A DNA stretch of 64,000 bases from Alloascoidea hylecoeti (Eukaryota): assembly GCA_001600815.1 (NCBI GenBank), contig BCKZ01000006.1, forward strand, positions 372,001 to 436,000, in the 5' to 3' direction. Shown piece by piece: positions 57,372 through 64,000 of this stretch; positions within the stretch are counted from its first letter, which is position 1, and each line of letters opens with the position of its first letter. The notes beneath the pieces were generated by a model. That model worked only from the letters and a program-made list of their open reading frames with translations, did no database searches and was not told the DNA's origin. Made by a program: the position numbers and the translations under genes.

Positions 57372-60300
57372 ATGTATAATAACATCTTGAATTTAAAACA
57401 ATACCATCCAGTAGTTATGAAGTGGCTCAATCGCGGTCGCCCAGATTCGGCCTCCATTGGCTTTTCGCCTACCACCACAGAAGACATGCTGGCCACCTTC
57501 GACCCCTCCAAGATCCCGGTATCCCCGAAAAAGTCTGCAGCCCCGTGTGCGAGACTCGACAGGAACAGCTCCCCAGTCAGGATGTCAGAAATCTTGGGAA
57601 GAAGGAGAAGAGAGTCCATGCCCGATCCAGACGGACTCCCGCCCAATACTCCCACTAGTGTTCATGCCAGAAACACGTCCCCTTTAAGGAACGAGGTCGC
57701 TGCAGATTCAGATGAACGCGGTAGAGGAAGACCATCCATGGCCTCAAATAGTACTGCTGCTTCCAGGTACTCATACGTTCCTGTGACTTACAATAGGGAT
57801 GGTTCTCCTCAAAGAGCTGATCTACCTCCAAATTCTGTATATTATCCGGCTCCTATTCCAACAAAATTAAAACTTCCCCCAAGGCTTAGCTCTCCAGAGA
57901 GGAAAAAGGCTAATTATGATAATCATTTTCATATAAGTGCAGACGAGTTAAATCAAAAGAGGCCCCCTAGAAGAGCCCATGGTAAGGATTTTAGAATGGT
58001 TCCAAACGATCATGTACAACAGTCATCATCACGCTCCCCACAAAGATCACCTCAACGGTCACCACAAAGAACAAGTTCACCTCAAAGGATACGGTTACCA
58101 GAGAAAATGGGATCACCAGAAAGGATAGGCTCTCCTCAAAGACTAAACTCACCTATCAAAGAGATCAATAACACCATTATGGCTGGCCACACCTCTCCAA
58201 GGTCTGAACAAACGCAATCACAATCTTCATCCAGTACAGAAACTACTTCATCCTCAGTTAGCTATAATAATCAACTACCACAATCTTCCTTCACAACACC
58301 TGCAGGTTCGCCTGATCGAAATCGTATAATGAAACAGAACGATTATAATCAAAAACAGGATTTATCATCGCAACAAATATCAGATGAATATAGATTATCA
58401 CCATCAAAACATATAAATTCCATAATATCAATAAATTCTAGTAATGGGAGCGAAACAAATTATGATGTTATATTACCTATTATTAGTGATTCTAGGTCTG
58501 ATCGATTTTCTACATCCCCTAAACGATCTATCCCAAATTCATTTAATAATGGGAATGAACGTGAGAATTTAGGGACATCTATTGAACCAATTTCAATATC
58601 TGACTCTGAATCTGATGCTTCATCTTATTCTTTTGAAACTATCGCTTCAGAAATTCAAATAAATCGAGGTGTTAGACGGGTATCTACTGCAATACGAAGA
58701 GGAATTGATGACGATGAGACTAGTTGGGTTACTGAATCTGATTCAGATGAATATTTATCCAGTGAAGAAAATGATAATAACAAAATTACAAAGATTGTAT
58801 CAATCAGCACAGATAATGATAACGATGAAGAAGATTCAAGATATATTCGATACGAAACAGTAACACCCACTGCTTCCGGTTATAATTCACCAGAACACAC
58901 TATATCACCAACAAAACATATTCATTTAGGAAATGATGAAAGAACAAATGTACAACATAATCATTCTACGGATATAACCGTCGGAGCACGAAATGTCAGT
59001 CCTAGTGTTGTCAATATTAATGAGTTACATTATGGCTTAGCAAAATTAAGATTACAGGAACAACATACAAAAGCTGATTCAAACCTAAATTCCCAATCAA
59101 ATACTCCTCAGCCTTCATCGATAAGTCCACAATTGAATGGTAAAAATAATAATAAAAGTAATTCATCACCATTACGATCAGGGATTGTTACAAATGATGA
59201 TAATGATTCTCAAGATAAATTAAAATATTTTAAACCTGAATCTTTTACAAGAAATCCAATGACAAATAAACCAATTTTACCGAATAATTTTAAATCCAGA
59301 CCATTACCTAATCCTAGGCCTACTTCTTCTTATACACCCTCTGCACCAAATTATAGTAATGCCAAAGGTCATACTCATACGCGATCAGAAGTGGTTTCAT
59401 CAAAACAACAACATCATCATGATTATATGGATGATATTTGTACAAATAAGGTAACACCATTATTAGAAAAATTAAACCAAAGAGAAAATGATCATAAAAC
59501 AGAAATGCAAAAATTAAAAGAACGATATTCTAGCGTAATTCAAAATAAAACAACTGCTGAAGTACAAAGAGAAAAAAATAGTGGTAATGCAAAAGATTTA
59601 AAAGAATTAGCTAAACAACGAGAAAGGGAAAGAACTATACAAATAGCAAAAGAATTTGAAAAACAAAAGAAAAGACAACAAGAAATGAGAATCGATAAAA
59701 CTAAGATGGAAGAAGCAAGAAAGGCTTATATTAGACGGCCGCCACCAGCTGATGATTATTATGATCAATTTAATAAACAGGAAAGAGTTAGCATTAGGGA
59801 TAGATCACAATCACGATCAAGGTCAAACTCAGGATATAGAACCAGCATTAAAGATGATAGATCTAGATCACGGTCAACAGGGGCCGGTGTTAACGATAGA
59901 TCACAATCTAGAGCGAGACCTACAACACCTAAGCAGACCAACATTTCATCATCTAGGCGATCAAAGACACCAACTAGTTCAAATAGACTTCCTAATCCCG
60001 AAGATGCTAGAGGTCCGGTACATAGTGGTGGTTATAAACCTCCCAAGAATTTTAGTCCTAATACTTTGGTTGGTATGATTGATAAACAAAAAAACTTTCA
60101 ACCAGATGTTGATACAGGGAAGAAGTATTTACCCACCTCAAAGACTTATTCTTCACCTGAGAGTGAAAATATTGTCAATAGAGTAAAATCACCAGCAAGT
60201 AGAAGGTATAATAATAATTCACCCAAATCTTCAGTTTCACCTCCTAGAAGTCGATATCGTGGATCAGATAATCAAAGTATTTTCTCCTCATCTACAACTA

Positions 60301-60542
60301 CCTCTGGAAATTCTTTCCATCCTAGCTTAGGAGTACCGATGCAATATAGTAATACTTCTGGATATGTTGTGCCGCAACCTTATTATTCTGGTTATACTTA
60401 TAATAATGTTGTACAACAGCAACAACAACAGCAACAACAGCAGCAACAACAACAGTATAATGCTCAATATCAGGCCCAATTACAACACGCACAACAAGCT
60501 CAACAAGCATATTACAACTATTATTATGGGAATAACAATTGA
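57372..60542 (+). CDS. Large low-complexity Ser/Pro/Arg-rich protein of unknown function (about 1040-1056 aa)
   Basis: 3.1-kb ORF with many S/T-P-x-R/K sites, a coiled coil near residues 700-790, an RS-rich tract and a C-terminal poly-Q. The true start may be ATG 57417. Confidence 0.8.
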   Translation: MYNNILNLKQYHPVVMKWLNRGRPDSASIGFSPTTTEDMLATFDPSKIPVSPKKSAAPCARLDRNSSPVRMSEILGRRRRESMPDPDGLPPNTPTSVHARNTSPLRNEVAADSDERGRGRPSMASNSTAASRYSYVPVTYNRDGSPQRADLPPNSVYYPAPIPTKLKLPPRLSSPERKKANYDNHFHISADELNQKRPPRRAHGKDFRMVPNDHVQQSSSRSPQRSPQRSPQRTSSPQRIRLPEKMGSPERIGSPQRLNSPIKEINNTIMAGHTSPRSEQTQSQSSSSTETTSSSVSYNNQLPQSSFTTPAGSPDRNRIMKQNDYNQKQDLSSQQISDEYRLSPSKHINSIISINSSNGSETNYDVILPIISDSRSDRFSTSPKRSIPNSFNNGNERENLGTSIEPISISDSESDASSYSFETIASEIQINRGVRRVSTAIRRGIDDDETSWVTESDSDEYLSSEENDNNKITKIVSISTDNDNDEEDSRYIRYETVTPTASGYNSPEHTISPTKHIHLGNDERTNVQHNHSTDITVGARNVSPSVVNINELHYGLAKLRLQEQHTKADSNLNSQSNTPQPSSISPQLNGKNNNKSNSSPLRSGIVTNDDNDSQDKLKYFKPESFTRNPMTNKPILPNNFKSRPLPNPRPTSSYTPSAPNYSNAKGHTHTRSEVVSSKQQHHHDYMDDICTNKVTPLLEKLNQRENDHKTEMQKLKERYSSVIQNKTTAEVQREKNSGNAKDLKELAKQRERERTIQIAKEFEKQKKRQQEMRIDKTKMEEARKAYIRRPPPADDYYDQFNKQERVSIRDRSQSRSRSNSGYRTSIKDDRSRSRSTGAGVNDRSQSRARPTTPKQTNISSSRRSKTPTSSNRLPNPEDARGPVHSGGYKPPKNFSPNTLVGMIDKQKNFQPDVDTGKKYLPTSKTYSSPESENIVNRVKSPASRRYNNNSPKSSVSPPRSRYRGSDNQSIFSSSTTTSGNSFHPSLGVPMQYSNTSGYVVPQPYYSGYTYNNVVQQQQQQQQQQQQQQYNAQYQAQLQHAQQAQQAYYNYYYGNNN

Positions 60543-61570
60543 CAATAGCGGTAACTAACTACAATTATTAATGTGTTTTAAGCTAAGTTTTTGTAATGTT
60601 TTAGAACTGGTCATTTATATGCTTTATTATATTTTATGTATATCATTCACATTATCACTATTATTTTAAGTTTTCTTCAATTTTTTCTTTTCATATTTTC
60701 ATTGGGTTTAGCACAGTGATAACTAATATACTTTTTTTTTTTTTTTTTTTTTTAAACTTTGATTTTGTTTGTTTGTTTGTTTGTTTGTTCTAGGACTCTC
60801 CTTTATTATAATTTTAAATAATTAAATCATGTATTTATTATGTTCCCTTTGTTTCTTTATTATTCTTTGCTTAGAAAAAATCAATGCTTATATTTGGGTT
60901 TACAATGTTTTTGTATGAAATTTAAAAGATTAACATAAACAACACAGCCGTACGGTGTAATTAAGCCTCATGATAAATCTGTAATGATAATGTGTTCAAA
61001 ATAGAAAAAATTATAAAGATATAAATAGAAATTTTAAATGCATATCATGGGATGTGTCTTTTCTCGGAGAAATGTTGTTGAGCATGATCGCTTTTCTGCA
61101 ATTTAATGTATTGAAAGAGCAATATTGTTAACGTTGATGAATCTAATTGTGGTCCCTTTTGTTTCTCCGATGAACTTAATAGTTAAATATAGGATACATA
61201 TTCGTAATCCCTACGAAACTTTTAAATTTTGTTTTATTTTCATTTTTTTTTTCAGTTGTATATATCGTACGCGTAACATAAAACTAGGCCACGATTAAAT
61301 ATGGTGTTTAGAATACTTTTAAATATCCATCAAAAAATTCTAAGAAATAGCCTCGCAAAAAGTCCTGAAAAAGGGCATAAAAAATCTTAAGATTTTATAT
61401 GTCTTAAGATCCCAATTATAGAAATTTCTTCATGAAAAGACATAAATAAAACATATTTTTGATCCTGGCTGAAATCTGCATCTCCTATTACTTCCCACGT
61501 TTATTGAAGTTATAATTACTTTTCTTCTTAAGGAACACTTTTGCACCCTTGCGACCTCTTTCTTCTCTTC

Positions 61571-64000
61571 ATGCGATCTTTCATAAAGACACACCGCCAT
61601 TCCTCATCTTCATCTTCCCTGAGTGCACAGGGTGGACAGCCAAATGAGAATGGTCAGCAATTACTGCTGCCTAAGTCTCCCAAATTTAGTACAAGCCCAC
61701 GCTCACCAGGCCATAAAAGTATCATCACATCAAAATCGAAGGAACAAGATGAACCACTTTTATCTCCTGCTTCTGCATCCTTAACATTCAACCCTGGAAC
61801 TGGTCTGAAAAAGCTGGTCCCCAAAAATATATTTAAAAGGAATCATTTCAATCATAAGTCCTTGACTCCACCTTTGAAACAGACTGCTAGGTTTCTTTTG
61901 GGATCAGATATGGGGAGTCCTCCAATGAACACGACTGGCTTTGACCAGGATCTAGGACGAACTGCTGGAGTCATTTACGGAAACAGAACACATGAATGGG
62001 GAACAGGGACTGAAAGTGGTAGACGATCAAGTTTGGGAGTTCAACCACGAATGGCCTCAGAAGCCAATATTGGTCACCATGATCATGATCACGATCATTC
62101 ATCATTTATTTCAACAAATCACTTACAACCTCCAATTTCATCAAATTCTAACCCTATATACGGATTTTCGTCTGTTCCTGATCTAAGAGATTTGAACACC
62201 GAGTTTTATAGAAGTTATACCAATGATGATAATACGAAATCACAGATATCAAGCCTCAGTAGCTATAATACATGTTCACCTCCTCAACCATCGAGATTAT
62301 CACAGGAAATTAGTGTGAATTTAACGAAAGTCGACGAAGAAGATACGGATGAAATTTCCATTTCTAATAAAGTGTCTATTGCTGGTGGTATTCTTACGGA
62401 GTCAAAGACAGTAGAAAGTGTTATTTCGAATAATCAACCCGAAGTTAGTACTCAATTGAACATAAGCACTTCTGGAACAGGAGCTAGTTCTATGTCCTTT
62501 GAATATTCATCCTCTGATGAGAGTGAAGATGCTAAAAGTAATAGCAGTGTCTTTTCTTTTGAACAAGACCAAAAAGCTGGTAGGAATTCATCAATCCGAT
62601 ACTACAAAAATCAAAATGAAATGAGTCAATCTAAGTCACGACAGTCAACACAGGTTTCACCCAAGAATAAGCGAAATTATAGAGGTGGAGCACAAAAAGA
62701 ATTACCACGCGGTTATATTGACCCTACAATGTTTCACGATGATGACTTTGATTCGGATGATTTAGAAGATATTATGGATATGTCAGGTGAGTCCTACGAT
62801 GAAGATGACGGAGAAGTTGCGATGAACAGATTCATTGACGATGTTAAACCCCTTCCTTCTAGAGTTCAAGAACAAGTTTACAGTAATTGTGGTAACAGTT
62901 ATGATTCTTTTGATCTTCACGATCCCCCTAATAGTGCTGCCATCAGAAACACCATCCCCTCCAGTGTTGAAGAATTATTTGAAGAAGATGAGTACATCCC
63001 ATTGAACAAATATATTGAGATAGAAGAACAGAATATGAACTACAATACAAGTAATATCTCGTTTGGTGTTGTTCCTGTTGAAGAACAGAAAGTTGGAGAT
63101 TCGAGTTTTAAAGAAGATTCAGAATCATTACGAACATCATCTACTGGATTGTCTGTAATCAATAATGAAAATCTACAGGAGGAAGAAGAGATATTGTCCC
63201 TTCTTTCATCTACTATTAGTCATGCGGATAATGATCATTATCATGAATCTTTTGAAAATGAGGTCGATTCTAATTTTTTATCACCAAAAATGCATAAGCC
63301 AACTTTACTGACTAAAAATATACACAAAAGAAATGTATCTCTTCCTCAACTTATTGTAGAATCACCTTCAGCTTCAACAGATGAAACAGTTTTGTCAAAC
63401 TATACCAATTCTGAGACCAAAATATTAGATGCCTTATCCCCTTATAAGTCGGTCTCTCCTTTGAGGTTTGATAACAGAAGAAGTCTGCCAGTGGGTTTAG
63501 ATGATTCAAAATTGATTAGAGATCTAGATTTTGAAAGGAATCAAATGCTGCCATTAACAATTGTAACAGACTCGAACAATATCAACATTCCGGCCCAGGA
63601 TGCAAAAGCAACCAAAGTAGAAGTATCACAAACCAATTCCCTTTTGGACTCAACAAACAGTGATATTCATGCTGAAAATGTCCAATCACCAACATCCCTT
63701 ATTACGCCAACCTCAACAGGACATTCATTGTTTCACGATCAGAGCCAACCCCAAATATCACCTCATCCTGTAAGCTCTGCATTTTACAGTGTACATGACA
63801 ACGACATGCTTAATTTGGATTTTTCGAAGACGGACAGTTATTTAAGCACTGACTCAGGATCTGAAACATTCCAAAACGAAGGCATAAATACTATTCAATT
63901 AGAAGATACCACACTTTTTACACCACCACAAGCTCCCCAACCACCTTATATGCTGGGCATAGACGATAGTATTGGAAGTTTTGAAAGCTTACTAGATGAA
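61571..64000 (+). CDS. ZRG8: Zrg8-like protein, 3' end beyond the window (absent from the ORF track)
   Basis: Open frame from ATG 61571 to the window edge. Begins MRSFIKTHR (Zrg8 begins MRSFIKAHK) and contains IYGNRTHEWG and SVFSFE...GRNSSIRYY. Confidence 0.8.
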   Translation, partial: MRSFIKTHRHSSSSSSLSAQGGQPNENGQQLLLPKSPKFSTSPRSPGHKSIITSKSKEQDEPLLSPASASLTFNPGTGLKKLVPKNIFKRNHFNHKSLTPPLKQTARFLLGSDMGSPPMNTTGFDQDLGRTAGVIYGNRTHEWGTGTESGRRSSLGVQPRMASEANIGHHDHDHDHSSFISTNHLQPPISSNSNPIYGFSSVPDLRDLNTEFYRSYTNDDNTKSQISSLSSYNTCSPPQPSRLSQEISVNLTKVDEEDTDEISISNKVSIAGGILTESKTVESVISNNQPEVSTQLNISTSGTGASSMSFEYSSSDESEDAKSNSSVFSFEQDQKAGRNSSIRYYKNQNEMSQSKSRQSTQVSPKNKRNYRGGAQKELPRGYIDPTMFHDDDFDSDDLEDIMDMSGESYDEDDGEVAMNRFIDDVKPLPSRVQEQVYSNCGNSYDSFDLHDPPNSAAIRNTIPSSVEELFEEDEYIPLNKYIEIEEQNMNYNTSNISFGVVPVEEQKVGDSSFKEDSESLRTSSTGLSVINNENLQEEEEILSLLSSTISHADNDHYHESFENEVDSNFLSPKMHKPTLLTKNIHKRNVSLPQLIVESPSASTDETVLSNYTNSETKILDALSPYKSVSPLRFDNRRSLPVGLDDSKLIRDLDFERNQMLPLTIVTDSNNINIPAQDAKATKVEVSQTNSLLDSTNSDIHAENVQSPTSLITPTSTGHSLFHDQSQPQISPHPVSSAFYSVHDNDMLNLDFSKTDSYLSTDSGSETFQNEGINTIQLEDTTLFTPPQAPQPPYMLGIDDSIGSFESLLDE

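Noticed and set aside
56736..57687. Several overlapping and antisense ORFs (164, 214, 84, 78 and 76 aa)
   Set aside because: Expected from stop-codon scarcity in the GC-rich island; they overlap two real genes.
61992..62186. 64-aa ORF
   Set aside because: Alternate frame inside the ZRG8-like CDS.
1..64000. Alternative CUG decoding (CUG-Ser or CUG-Ala clades)
   Set aside because: CTG occupies conserved Leu positions (e.g. Mam3 VLLGG, ankyrin-BTB ILLEFD), consistent with the standard code.

Overview
AT-rich (roughly 30% GC by eye) nuclear DNA from a budding yeast (Saccharomycotina). CTG codons fall at conserved Leu positions, which suggests the standard code. Introns are short (about 51-68 nt, one of 235 nt) with loose donor and branch consensus. 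I can support 21 protein genes: MIG1/CreA, an aquaglyceroporin, DIT2 (CYP56), RidA, an ankyrin-BTB adaptor, CLG1, KIP3, a Gag-like orphan, an MNN9-like gene, eEF1B-gamma, MDM34, a Gemin6-like gene, a Snf1 beta subunit, NAP1, a D-amino-acid oxidase, MAM3, a GPI wall protein, two unknowns and a 3'-truncated ZRG8. Also present are tRNA-Asp(GTC), an intron-containing tRNA-Lys(CTT), an intronic snR38, two Tc1 transposase relics and two MITE families. Two highlights. (1) A spliced 115-aa Gemin6-like Sm-fold gene missed by the ORF track (43885-44300, minus), hinting at an SMN-Gemin complex in a budding yeast. (2) A stand-alone intact Ty1/copia capsid-like gene with no LTRs or pol (32139-33212), a candidate domesticated Gag. 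All homology calls come from recalled motifs, not database searches.
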